Below the pieces are notes generated by a model, which saw nothing but the letters and a program-made list of their open reading frames with translations, had not been told where the DNA came from and searched no databases. Below are positions 12,168-24,204 of a DNA stretch of 64,000 nucleotides, piece by piece (within the stretch, counting starts at the first letter, position 1; each line of letters opens with the position of its first letter). The position numbers and the translations under genes are program-made. Source of the DNA: Selaginella moellendorffii. Its lineage: Eukaryota; Plantae; Lycopodiophyta. The stretch lies in assembly GCF_000143415.4 (NCBI RefSeq), contig NW_003314282.1, positions 407,700-471,699 on the forward strand, given 5' to 3'.

Positions 12168-12585
12168 CTTTGGGTTAACTTCCAGCTGATCCCACTTGGT
12201 AGCCTGAGGTTCTTGGTGTTCAGCCACACCTTCTCCCCAGCTTGGAACTCCACATCCCGACGCTTTTGGTTCGCATACTTAGTTTGCCTTTGTTGAGCCC
12301 GTTCCAAGGAATCCCTCACTAGATTCCAAATGTTGAGTCTTTCCGCCGTGAATGCCTCCACTGCGGGTAACTCTCCATGATACTCGGCCACGCCGAGTTC
12401 CACAGGACCTTCAATAGCTCGCCCATTGATGACTTCCCATGGACTCACCCCGATGCTCGAATGTGGTGAGTTGTTATAACACATTTCCGCAAGTCCCAAA
12501 TGACTTACCCAGTCGGTCTGGTCTCCCGAGACATAGCATCGCAAATAATCCTCCAGCTGCCTATTCACCCTTTCCGTTTGTCCGT

Positions 12586-12632
12586 CTGTCAAGAAGTGTT
12601 AGTGCCATCAATCTTGACTCAATACCCATTAC
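12586..12632 (-). other. Putative spliceosomal intron (47 nt) in element B integrase catalytic core
   Basis: CAG|GTAATG...GCACTAACACTTCTTGACAG|AC with a CTAAC branch-point motif; removal gives AYHPQTDGQTERVN. Confidence 0.88.
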
Positions 12633-14660
12633 CTGTCTGTGGGTGATAGGCTGTGCTGAATTTCAACTTGGTGCGATACTGTTCTAGGAGTGTCCTCCAG
12701 AACCTACTGGTGAAGATCTTATCTCGATCTGAGATAATCTCTTCCGGCCTTTCCCGCACTCGAACCACTTGTTCGAAGAACAGCTTCGCCACACCTTCCG
12801 CATCCACATCCGTTGTGGTGGGTATGAAATGTGCCATCTTTGAAAATCGGTCCACCACAACGAATATCGCATCGAACCCCTCGCTTGGGGGTAGTCCCGT
12901 GATGAAGTCCATCGTAAGACATTTCCACGGACGATCTGGAATGGGGATGCTTTGCAACAAGCCCCCACTAGCCTTCGTCACGGCTTTGACCTGCTGACAT
13001 GTTGGACATGTCTTTACATAGTCTTGGACGTCCTTAGCCATATCTAGCCAGTGATACTTCCTTTTGAGTAAGCCCATCGTCTTAGGCACTCTGCCATGTC
13101 TCGCGAGAGGTCCGTCATGACACTCTTCCAAGGCTACCTTCCTTAGTTCCCCTTCTGGAACATACACCCTCGTTTGCTTGTAGTATATGAGTTCGTTGCG
13201 TTCCGCATAGCCCGTTTTCTCTTCCGTTGGCAGCTCACCTTTCTGGTGAGCTTCCCGCGCCTCCAGATTCCTCAGCAACACTTCTTGTGCTAGACCATCA
13301 CTCTCGTATGCGGTCCGCACATCGTCCCAAAAGGTTGCTGTCGCGCTAGATATCGCCAACTTCAAGCTCGCTTTTCGACTTAGCACATCTGCCACGATGT
13401 TGCTCTTCCCAGGCTTGTACAGGATCTCGCAATCAAACTCGGCCAAGGCATTGGCCCACCGACCTTGTTTCCCTCTCAGGTCGGGTTGTGACAAGAAGTG
13501 TTTCGTTGCCACATTGTCCGTGTAAACCTTGAAGTGTCTCCCAAGGTAGTGTCGCCACTCCTTGAGCGCCTTGACCACCGCAAACAATTCCTTCTCGTGG
13601 GCAGGCCACTTCCGTTGAGCCTTGTCCAGCTTCTTCGAGAAGAACGCTACTGGATGGTTGTCTTGCTTCAAAACTGCGCCCAACACAAAGTCCAAAGCAT
13701 CCGTGTCTACCTCGAAGTCCTTACCAAAGTCCGGTAATGCCAACACGGGAGCCTTCCTCAATTTCCCTTTGAGGTGGACGAATGCTGCCTCGCATTCTGC
13801 TGTCCATACCATCTTCCCTTTTCCTGTTTGGTCCGTTAAGGGCAGAGCTACTCTCGAATAGTGTCTGATAAACTTTCGATAGTAGTTGCATAGCCCCAAG
13901 AATGCCCTCAACTCATGTACATTCGATGGTCGTTCCCATTCCTGGATCGCTTGGACCTTTTCCGGGTCCACCTTGAGCCCGTCCTGGCCCACCACATGCC
14001 CGAGAAACTTTACCTCTAGTTGAGCAAAGTCACATTTGCTCTCTTTAGCATACAGTTTGTGTTCCCTTAGTTTCTCAAACACCTTCGCCAAGTGTTCGGC
14101 ATGCTCCTCTAGTGTCTCGCTATAGATCAGGATGTCGTCTATATAGACGACCACAAAGTGATCCAAATAGGGTACAAAGATGTGGTTCATCAACGCCGAA
14201 AACGTTGCCGGCGCATTGCACAGCCCAAAGGGCATCACCAGAAACTCAAAGCTCCCATACCTCGTTCGACAGGTTGTCTTCTCGACATCTTCCTCAGCTA
14301 CCCTGATCTGGTAGTATCCTGACCTTAGGTCAATCCTCGAGAAGTATTTTGCCTTTCCCAACCTATCGAATAGGTCCTCAATCCTTGGCAAAGGGTACTT
14401 GTTCTTCTTGGTATACTTGTTGAGCAACCGGTAGTCTATGCACATGCGCATAGATCCATCTTTCTTTTTCACAAATAGCACCGGCGCCCCATACGGCGAC
14501 TTGCTCAACCTAACATACCCTTTGTCCACCAACTCCTCTAGTTGGCTCTTGAGCTCCTTGAGTTCTTTTTCGTTCAATCGATAGGATGGACGAACCACCG
14601 CCTCAGCACCCTCGACCAGCTCAATCTTATGTTCTATCGGTCGTGCGGGGGGCAACCCCG

Positions 14661-15277
14661 TGTGAGACACAAAATCCCTAGGCCCCAAAGTGGAGCTGGA
14701 AGGGCGCCACATGGTAGTGGCCGAAGCGAGAGCCAAACGAGCGTTACACGTTTGGACCAAAAGCTCCGACTTGAAAAGTCAAGAGCGGGAGTGGAACTCC
14801 CAACGAAGTGCTCGAGGAACGAGCACAAAGCGAGCAAAAGGCGAGGCTCCAAAAAAGGGACCCAAAAGGGCCAACACATGACACGTGGGAGAGTCCGAGA
14901 CGGACCCGAGTTGGAGTCCGAAGTGGAGTCCGAGATGGACCCGAGTTGGAGTCCGAAGTGGAGTCCGAGATGGACCCGAGATGGAGTCCGAGAAGGAGTC
15001 CGAAGTGGAGTCCGAGGTGGACCCGAGATGGACCCGAAGTGGAGTCCGAGATGGACCCGAGATGGAGTCCGAGATGGAGTCCGAGGTGGACCCGAGATGG
15101 ACCCGAAATGGAGTCCGAGATGGAGTCCGAGATGGACCCGAGATGGAGTCCGAGATGGAGTCCGAGATGGACCCGAGATGGACCCGAGATGGAGTCCGAG
15201 ATGGAGTCCGAGATGGAGTCCGAGATGGAGTCCGAGATGGAGTCCGAGATGGAGTCCGAAGTCGAGACCGAGACCGG

Positions 15278-15309
<32 letters not shown>

Positions 15310-16424
15310 TCGGGACCGAGACCGAGACCGAGGCCGAGGCCGAGACCGAGGCCGAGCCCGAGCCCGAGTCCGAGTCCGAGTTCGAGTCCGAGTCCGAGTC
15401 CGAGTCCGAGTCCGAGTCCGGAGCCTGAGAGGGTGAAAGCCCAAAGCGTTCGTCTCCCAGACCCTGGGGGGTTTGGTGAGCTCCAAAAGTATAGTAGGGG
15501 GAGGACTGCAGTGGAGCCAGTTTGGCCAGGAAAGGCCAGTTTGGCCCAGGAAGGCCGGACCCAGTGTTGGGTGATGAGCTGCCCACTGGGAAGTCCAAGA
15601 CTAGAGTGAACACGGACTGACAAGTGGGGTAGCTTGGTGAAGTGTTCAAGAGCCGACTCTAGTTCCCCCGGGAGATCGACTGGCCGATGCTCCCAGTCCA
15701 AGTGTGGGTGGCACTACCTACTTGGACACCTGTCGTGGCTCAACGGAACCTCGCTCTAAGCCCATGGCTAGAGCACCTAAAGGCGAAAGGCGAGGAGAGT
15801 ACCCAGGTGGCTCGCGTAAGGCCACGGTGTTCCGAAATGTTGTCCCGAAGGCCCAGACTGTGGAAAGGAAGAGGAACAATCCTCTGGGGTAGTGACCAAG
15901 GACACAGTCGTGTGGTGGGGAAGTCCCAGAGGACCGTGGGACTTAGTGGTCGGGCCTGTGGGTCTTGATCCAGTGGCAGTGTTGGCAAACACGGCCAGGG
16001 GCAGAAAGGGACTTGGTGGGGACTGACAGAGGGATATTGGGGAAGGCTATTCCCCTTGTCGGTGGGCATCCTAAGGATGCTAAGGAGTGGATCTGAGATG
16101 ACCACTCACGGATGGTTTGCCTAGTCTTGGAGAGCCAAGACTGTGATGCAAGTGGTATTGGACTACCAGTGTGGCAAAGGTGATTGGGCATGGCCTTAGC
16201 GTAACGGGCTGCTATGTCGGTGGTACCTTTGAGTGTCGGTCATGGGATTGGACACGTGGAGCACTTGGACCAAGTGCAAATGTTGAGTGGCATAGATGCC
16301 ATTCTCGGGGCTAGCAAGTCCCAAGTCCTGGATTGGACTTATGGAGGTGGTGAATGAGACTCCTCCAAGTGGTCAGAGGTGTGGTTAAGTGACTAAAGTA
16401 GAATGGAAAATTTAGTCGCTTACA
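14661..16424 (+). repeat. Element C 5' LTR
   Basis: Direct repeat of 20526-22294. Confidence 0.95.
14888..15425 (+). repeat. CpG-rich compound tandem array in C LTR (GAGTCCGAGATG / GACCCGAGATG, then GAGACC and GAGTCC hexamers)
   Basis: Visible 11-12-mer and 6-mer units; second copy at ~20755-21295 with different unit counts; related array in the B LTRs at ~10980-11250. Confidence 0.9.
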
Positions 16425-16427
16425 ATT

Positions 16428-16440
16428 TGGTATCGGAGCT
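16428..16440 (+). promoter_or_regulatory. Element C PBS (tRNA-iMet-like)
   Basis: TGGTATCGGAGCT just after the 5' LTR. Confidence 0.85.
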
Positions 16441-19400
16441 GTTCCTTAGTCCGACTTTTATTGGTGCTCAAGTATATCACCACTAGTGTTGGCATCGGAA
16501 GGTCTGAGGAGGGGGCCTATCCTTGAGGAGTAGCAAGTCGGGAAGACATGGCTCTCCATTACAGTTCATGTGTGAACTTGTAGACGAGGTGGTGGATAGA
16601 AAAGGGCCAATAATGGAACGACTTTGGGATCTTGGGAACAGTGCAAGGTTTTCCTCATTGAGTTGAGGATGTGATCCGGATGAGCATTTGTCTCAGCAAA
16701 TTGGCTAAGGTAGTTGTGGTAAACAACTATAGTTGGGATCACGGGAAAGATAAAGACTCCAAAGCAATAAAGGAGTCACAAGATTATCCTCATATAGTTG
16801 AGGTTGGTGCTCATGAATGTGAGACCAGAAGTAATGACCGTGGGAGGTCAAATACGGAAGAGGACTCAAGTCCTTGAAAAGGTAGCCGGGGCTACCACTA
16901 ATAAATGCTGGAACAACCCAAGGAGTTGGGGGTGTATTAAGTGGATGAGTTGGTGTTCTCATCACATGGACAAGTAGTCCTAAGGGGCAAAGGTTGCCCC
17001 CAGAGAACAAAATCAAGTGTCGGAGTAACACTTGTGAAAATAGTCATTTTGAATAGGATAGGAATGCAGAAGTGTATTCCAGTGAGCTAGTGCCTCACAA
17101 GTAGGACCTTACGGGTTTGTGGATTAACCAAGTCCAAAACTGCTGGATGACTCAAGTAGAGTCAACAGATGGTCCTAAAAGGACTGATGGAAGCATTTGG
17201 ACTGAGGTGTGTTGTACCCCACAAAGGATGGGGGGGGATCATAGGATCCAAGGATGAGAACAGAGGGTATCTCATCGATGGCAAAATGTGCCATGCTAAA
17301 GTTATGGGAAAGGTGTTCCCAGAAGAAAACAACTTCGACATAAAGTTGTGTGTGACCTCTATGGTGCAGTGCTAACGGATGGTTGGCATGAGAAAGAGCG
17401 GTGTTGGTCTTGGCAAAGACTTAGACACGAAGGGGAAATGTCATAGAGGTAGGCTCGTGGAGCCGATGGTGTGGAGACACCAAATGTGCCAAGGTGTGAT
17501 ACCTTGAGGCTATGTTGGTGGGTTCATGAGAACCCCTTGCCAAAGGAATCCCAATGGAAATGGGAATAGCATAGCCTAAGTTGCAGAGCATGCAGTTGGA
17601 GTGTGGTGACCCAGATAATGATGGAGGTGTGAAAGCACCAAGCAATGAGTTGTAGGACTTGACAACTATGAGGCAACTAAGCAAGAGGTGCAAAATAACT
17701 GGTTAAACGGGTAGAAGGTAGCTACCCAAGACTTCTTAATAGCATAGGGAAGTTGGATATACCCTTATGGGGGATAAGTTGCTTGTGTTGCGATATAGTA
17801 AGTCAATGTCATAAAAGGAAATACTCATTGTCAAGAAAGCCCATCATTGGGACACCCGAACACTGTAGAACACCAGAGGGTGGTGTTTGATATCACGAGG
17901 GCAATGGATAAAGCCCAAGGGACTAAGTCCCTAGCGAATGATGGATAGAAGGTGCTATCCAAATGTCTAAGGTTGCGGAGACAGGAGAGGACTGTCTACC
18001 CGAGTTGGACAAAGCCAAAAATGGAATTTTGGCAAGGCTAATGATGGGCATGTAAAGGCCCATAAGCAACAATGTAATCCCAGTGTGTGGGATTATAAGG
18101 TGAGCATACCCGGATTGAGGAACCACTCCCTAGGCTATTGGGTAGGTTCATCCCTAAGAATACTTGCTAAAGCATGATAGAAAGTGCAAAGCTATCCTCC
18201 TGGTCTGGAGGAGAATGACCAAAGGAAAGGTGTGAAGCCAAAAAGCAAAAAGTAAGGGGATAGAACCGAACCGTAGGAATCAAAGTGCATAACCAAGGTT
18301 GGTTATGCCAGCTGGGAGTGGAGAATCCAGTGGGGGCTCGAGGGTGTTGCCGCTAGCAACCGTGATGCCATGGAGAGTCTAAAATATAGAATTGTCCATG
18401 TTAGACTATGTGGCATTTGGAAGGCTTGCAAAAAGGGAGGCCTTAGCAAGCTGAGGGACAGAGTTCCTTCAAGGTTCCCAAAAACGATTCTAGGTAGCTT
18501 AGTACCTAGAAAGGCCAAGTGTAAATGGTTCATAGAACGCGCGAAATCAGAGTGGCGCAGCAGAAGCGTGGTCTTGAAGCTTGCCATGAGGCAAGGCTAT
18601 CAAGGTTAGGGAAGTAGTTCCCGAGTGTTCAAAGAGAGGGCTTTGAACGAAAGTCGATGGTCAAGGACTTTCACGCTTATGCAGGAACCATGTTACAGTG
18701 GTCGGAGGACTTGCCAAGCGAGATTGGCACGTCAGGGGAACAAATACCCTAGTTAAAGGTGATAACTTCAAAAAGGGTGGGCCATGGGGCCGAGCATGGA
18801 GGAGTCCATGCATGATCACAGACATGTCAAGTGAGAGGACTTGGCAGTGTGGAGGAACTAGGTTCCTAAACTGTGATCTGTAGCGCACTTTAAAAATAAG
18901 TTGGTGCACCGGCGTGGGGAGTCATGCCAGGCATCTTGTGTGATGCCGTCCGTAGATGCATATACGGAGGTTGGGTTCGAGTCCCGACCCTCTAGTGCTT
19001 GGGTTCGAGTCCCAAATCACTAGGGCGTGGTGATGGTTTGGAATATGAGGACACTCATATTTCGGTGGTCATGGACTCTCAGTGGGGAGACTGGTTTGGG
19101 CACACTGCCAAGCGAGGGATGCCTCGGAGTCGTGATGCACGGTTAGATTGCTTAGTGTGAAAGCTCAGCATATCTAACTTGAACACTTTGGTGCAAGTGG
19201 CACCAAGGTCGTGGTGAGTGAGATGGGGACACCTAATCTCAGTTGCTATGAACCCTTGGCCGTAAGGGCTAGCTTGGGTGCACCGCCAAGTGTGGGGGAT
19301 GCCCCCGGGGTTATAGTCAACAACTTGGAGGTCTAGAAGACCAAGTACCTCTTGGCAACTCTGTTAAGGTGCCAAGGTGAGATCACCAGGTGATCTTATG

Positions 19401-20525
19401 GCCAGATAAGGACAAGGTCCTTGGTTGGCTAAGGAATGAAGTTCCTGGTTCAAAATGTTGAAATTGAACTGTTTAAGGTGGTGTGGCTTGGTCGTGATGA
19501 CCAAGTGGGAAGAGCACCTAAGGGAAATAAACTATGTCCGTGCGATGGCATAGTGAGTCCGAGGAAAGTAGTCTCTATAAAAGACCCATGGGAGGGTCAC
19601 GAAGTTGGGCCGTGGATAGAGCCCATAGCAGAAGATGCTAAAGAGACGTACTAGGGGTGAACATCCTCCGGACTTGGCAAAGAAGAGTCTTTGCTATGGA
19701 ACCGAAACAATACCTCAAGGAGGGAGGTAGAGATTCGATGGTGCTTGGTGCAACAATCAATGGATAGGAGCAAAAGATGAGTGGCCAAGATAGGGCCGTG
19801 GAATCCCTTGGAAGGAATCCAAGTGACAAAGTTAGGCGAGAAACACTAATGTGTTGGATGCTAACAAGTTGCGGGAAAGGAAGTGTGTTTCCAAGGAGGG
19901 ATTCCGAAATGCTCCGATTTGGCGAAAGTGGAAGCTCCAAGGGAGGGAGCGGTAAGATAGCCAAATGATAGGGCCATGAACAGCCCTAGCACAAAGTATG
20001 ATAACTGGAACTTTGGCACGAAATAGAAGAGAGGATGATGGTGCCCTCGAGTAGAGAACTTCCTAGGATGGGAAGTGGAGTTGCACAAAAGGTGCAAGGC
20101 AAGGTGTTGGAGACACCTAGGGAATTGACTTCCAAAAGTCAAAAGGGTAAAAGTTTCAAGGTGCAAAACGTTCAATAGATGGAAATTGAGACTACTCTAG
20201 AAGGAGTAGTGGGATTGACTTAGAGAAGGGTCTCTAAGAGGTTTAGCGGGAACTAAACCAATAAAAGGAGAGAACCACTACATGTGGTCCAATCAGTCTC
20301 TAAGTTGGAGAGACTACCCTCCTTAGAGGATGGGCAAGGCATGGTGAGCCTTTGGTGTCAAACCATTGAAGAATATGCAAAAGGCATGGTGAGCCTTCAA
20401 TATCAAACCCTTGACAAATATTGGCTAGGTGCCAAGGATGGAAATGGTAACACGTGCGAGTGTTACTTTATAAAATGGTTTACCGTTCGATGAGGACATC
20501 GAACTTCGTCTATGGGTGGTGGAGT

Positions 20526-22294
20526 TGTGAGACACAAAATCCCTAGGCCCCAAAGTGGAGCTGGAAGGGCGCCACATGGTAGTGGCTGAAGCGAGAGCCA
20601 AACGAGCGTTACACGTTTGGACCAAAAGCTCCGACTTGAAAAGTCAAGAGCGGGAGTGGAACTCCCAACGAAGTGCTCGAGGAACGAGCACAAAGCGAGC
20701 AAAAGGCGAGGCTCCAAAAAAGGGACCCAAAAGGGCTAACACATGACACGTGGGAGAGTCCGAGACGGACCTGAGTTGGAGTCCGAAGTGGAGTCCGAGA
20801 TGGACCCGAGTTGGAGTCCGAAGTGGAGTCCGAGATGGACCCGAGATGGAGTCCGAGAAGGAGTCCGAAGTGGAGTCCGAGGTGGACCCGAGATGGACCC
20901 GAAGTGGAGTCCGAGATGGACCCGAGATGGAGTCCGAGATGGAGTCCGAGGTGGACCTGAGATGGACCCGAAATGGAGTCCGAGATGGAGTCCGAGATGG
21001 ACCCGAGATGGAGTCCGAGATGGAGTCCGAGGTGGACCCGAGATGGACCCGAAATGGAGTCCGAGATGGAGTCCGAGATGGAGTCCGAGATGGAGTCCGA
21101 GATGGACCCGAGATGGAGTCCGAAGTCGAGACCGACAGCAGGACCGAGACCGAGACCGAGACCAAGACCGAGATCGGGACCGAGACCGAGACCGAGACCG
21201 AGGCCGAGGCCGAGACCGAGGCCGAGCCCGAGCCCGAGTCCAAGTCCGAGTCCGAGTCCGAGTCCGAGTCCGAGTCCGAGTCCGAGTCCGGAGCCTGAGA
21301 GGGTGAAAGCCCAAAGCGTTCGTCTCCCAGACCCTGGGGGGTTTGGTGAGCTCCAAAAGTATAGTAGGGGGAGGACTGCAGTGGAGCCAGTTTGGCCAGG
21401 AAAGGCCAGTTTGGCCCAGGAAGGCCGGACCCAGTGTTGGGTGATGAGCTGCCCACTGGGAAGTCCAAGACTAGAGTGAACACGGACTGACAAGTGGGGT
21501 AGCTTGGTGAAGTGTTCAAGAGCCGACTCTAGTTCCCCCGGGAGATCGACTGGCCGATGCTCCCAGTCCAAGTGTGGGTGGCACTACCTACTTGGACACC
21601 TGTCGTGGCTCAACGGAACCTCGCTCTAAGCCCATGGCTAGAGCACCTAAAGGCGAAAGGCGAGGAGAGTACCCAGGTGGCTCGCGTAAGGCCACGGTGT
21701 TCCGAAATGTTGTCCCGAAGGCCCAGACTGTGGAAAGGAAGAGGAACAATCCTCTGGGGTAGTGACCAAGGACACAGTCGTGTGGTGGGGAAGTCCCAGA
21801 GGACCGTGGGACTTAGTGGTCGGGCCTGTGGGTCTTGATCCAGTGGCAGTGTTGGCAAACACGGCCAGGGGCAGAAAGGGACTTGGTGGGGACTGACAGA
21901 GGGATATTGGGGAAGGCTATTCCCCTTGTCGGTGGGCATCCTAAGGATGCTAAGGAGTGGATCTGAGATGACCACTCACGGATGGTTTGCCTAGTCTTGG
22001 AGAGCCAAGACTGTGATGCAAGTGGTATTGGACTACCAGTGTGGCAAAGGTGATTGGGCATGGCCTTAGCGTAACGGGCTGCTATGTCGGTGGTACCTTT
22101 GAGTGTCGGTCATGGGATTGGACACGTGGAGCACTTGGACCAAGTGCAAATGTTGAGTGGCATAGATGCCATTCTCGGGGCTAGCAAGTCCCAAGTCCTG
22201 GATTGGACTTATGGAGGTGGTGAATGAGACTCCTCCAAGTGGTCAGAGGTGTGGTTAAGTGACTAAAGTAGAATGGAAAATTTAGTCGCTTACA
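20526..22294 (+). repeat. Element C 3' LTR
   Basis: Preceded by PPT GGGTGGTGGAGT; ends GCTTACA and is followed by the TSD. Confidence 0.95.
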
Positions 22295-22299
22295 CCCCG

Positions 22300-24145
22300 C
22301 TGGTAGCTCCTCCGGCATGGTATCCTGGAATTGGTCTAGCACCTGCTAGATCACTAAAGGTACTTCTTCCGTTCTTGTCTTTTTGTCACTCTTCACCGAG
22401 AGTAAGCACAAAAAGGCTGCCTTAGTTCCTTTAGTGAGTTGTCCTCTCGTGAACACCAGGTTTAAGCATGACTCTTTGGCCTTGCTTTGCCCTACCTTTA
22501 GATCTTGGGCCTCCACCCTAGATCTTCTTCCTTGGGCATTCGCCAATACCACAAGGTTCCTACCTTGTCCATGCAGGGCTACCACGAATCGATTAAACCA
22601 ATCCATTCCGAAGATCACGTCAAATCCCGCCATGTCCAAGACGGTGAAATCCATGTCCACTTCCCATGTCCCCACTTCGACTCTCGCTTGTCGAAGTACC
22701 TCATCAGTGCTTTGGCTACCTTGAACAAACTCTATAGTCCTTGGTTCGCCTAGCCGCTGCACCGTTAGTCCGGCTTGCCGGACTATGTCTGCAGCCACAA
22801 AATTATCCGAAGCACCCGTGTCAATAAGGATCTTAACAAAGCTACCTCTGAGCTTCCCTTGGAGGGCTAGTAGATGTCGCGAACGACTCTCTACCAAAGT
22901 TGTTCGTGTAATGAGTAACTTTGAGTTAGGGACTGAATCACATACCTCAGTTTGGACTTCACCCGACTTGATGGCCATATTGGCTCTGGCCTTCTTCGGG
23001 TAGGGACATTCCCTCGAGAAGTGTCCCGCTTCGCCGCAGTTGTAGCATACGTTGTTTCCCACGCTGCTATACGACTTGACCTTCTTATCCGTGGGTTTGT
23101 CTTTTTTCGCTTGACTCCCCCACGTACTCGCTCGCTGGCTACCGGATTTGCCTTTCCGGAACCCCGAGGACTCATTCTTAGAGAAACTCTTTTTGAATTT
23201 CCCCTTGCTATACGTTCCCCTTGGTTTGGCCCCTTTGCTAAATGTGGATCCCGACCCCGTCGTGTTCCCCTTTCGCAGGTTATCGTTGAAATGCACCTTG
23301 ATGGCCGCATCCAACACTTCCTTGTAGTTGGTCGGGTTCCACCGCATCACCTCACCACGAGCCCAGGTTTGCAAACCTGATATGAAGGCATGGAACGCAT
23401 CCATATCCCCCATGTCCGTGACAAGTATCCTCTTTGCCATGAACCCATTCACATATTCCTGGATGGTTCCAGTCTGCTTCAGCCTACTCAACTCATCTCT
23501 CAGATGCAGAGTGGCATTCGGAGGAACGTATGTTGCGCGGATCCTCGCTTTCATCATGTCCCAAGTGGCCACTGGTCCTTCGTTGGCCTCCGTCGTTCTC
23601 CACCAAGACTTGGCATTATCTGCCAAGTATGGTTTTGCACATGGGACCTTCTCCTAGCTCGGTAACCGCAACGCTCGGAAGTAGTCCTCCATATCGTAAA
23701 ACCAATCCTCCACCACCTTATAGTCGTTCACTCCCTTGAAGACCGGTGGGGGCCTTGGTTTGTACTTGGGAACTGCCTGAGGGATTGATTCTACTTCGGT
23801 CTGTTCGACCTTGTCTGGTTTTGCCTCAGTCCCGGCCGAAAGATCCGCACCTTCTGCGCTACCAGCATCCGCAGTCTTTTTCTTTTTCTTCCGCCTCTCG
23901 TCACGCTTTAGCTTGCGTACGAGAGTTTCCAGCAGGGCATTAGTCTGTGCCAACTGTCCTTCTAGCACGTCCAATCGAGCCTTGGATGACCGAACCTCGC
24001 CACCGGACTCCTGTTTGGAAGTTTCCTCACTAGAGTCCTCCTCATGCAAGGATTCCTCATCCATAGCCTCTTGTTCGACTGGAGGCTCCAGCTCCGGCGG
24101 AGGTTCCATCTCCGCCTGGGTTCGCTTACGCCCTGCCCTTGCCAT
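22300..24145 (-). pseudogene. gag: Element B gag-protease, same frame as pol; TAG stops at 23654 and 22346
   Basis: PPVFKG...WFYDMEDYF, zinc knuckle CYNCGEAGHFSREC, protease LIDTGAS; frame continues across the C insertion (PEELPAG|LPPARPIEH). Confidence 0.9.
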
Positions 24146-24188
24146 CTCCCAGCAATCCGCCTCTATCCTTCGCTAGAACTGAGATAAA

Positions 24189-24201
24189 GGCTTCGATACC
24201 A
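24189..24201 (-). promoter_or_regulatory. Element B PBS (tRNA-iMet-like)
   Basis: Minus-strand TGGTATCGAAGCC just downstream of the 5' LTR. Confidence 0.8.
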
Positions 24202-24204
24202 AAT

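Larger units (their letters stand above)
11734..14655 (-). pseudogene. pol: Element B pol (RT, RNase H, integrase, chromodomain); putative exons 14655-12633, 12585-12168, 12115-11734; one stop at 11971
   Basis: YIDD, RNase H, HHCC, DDE (MDF, ISDRD, TERVN), GPY, HPVFHV and chromodomain EEYEVEAILN...VKWKGFPHCEATWEPEENL. Confidence 0.9.
14661..22294 (+). mobile_element. Element C: non-autonomous LTR element (LARD-like) inserted in B's PR-RT linker
   Basis: ~1.77-kb near-identical LTRs TG...CA; TSD CCCCG (14656-14660 / 22295-22299); PBS TGGTATCGGAGC; PPT as in B; 4.1-kb internal region with no recognisable gag/pol ORF. Confidence 0.92.

Noticed and set aside
14661-14760. N-terminus of the 713-aa pol ORF (MVQTCNARL...)
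   Set aside because: Read-in from C's LTR; the real upstream frame lies at 22300 and above.
15555-15600. Hammerhead ribozyme (retrozyme) in C LTR near GTGATGAG
   Set aside because: No CTGATGA...GAAA core in the required arrangement found by eye.
14542-15701. Long overlapping ORFs on both strands (SPRW, LG, RD, SD repeats), also at 20609-21571
   Set aside because: Artefacts of stop-free tandem arrays inside C's LTRs; not CRISPR either, as there are no unique spacers.
18960-19020. tRNA gene or SINE
   Set aside because: Only T-arm-like hairpins; no acceptor, D or anticodon arms recognised.
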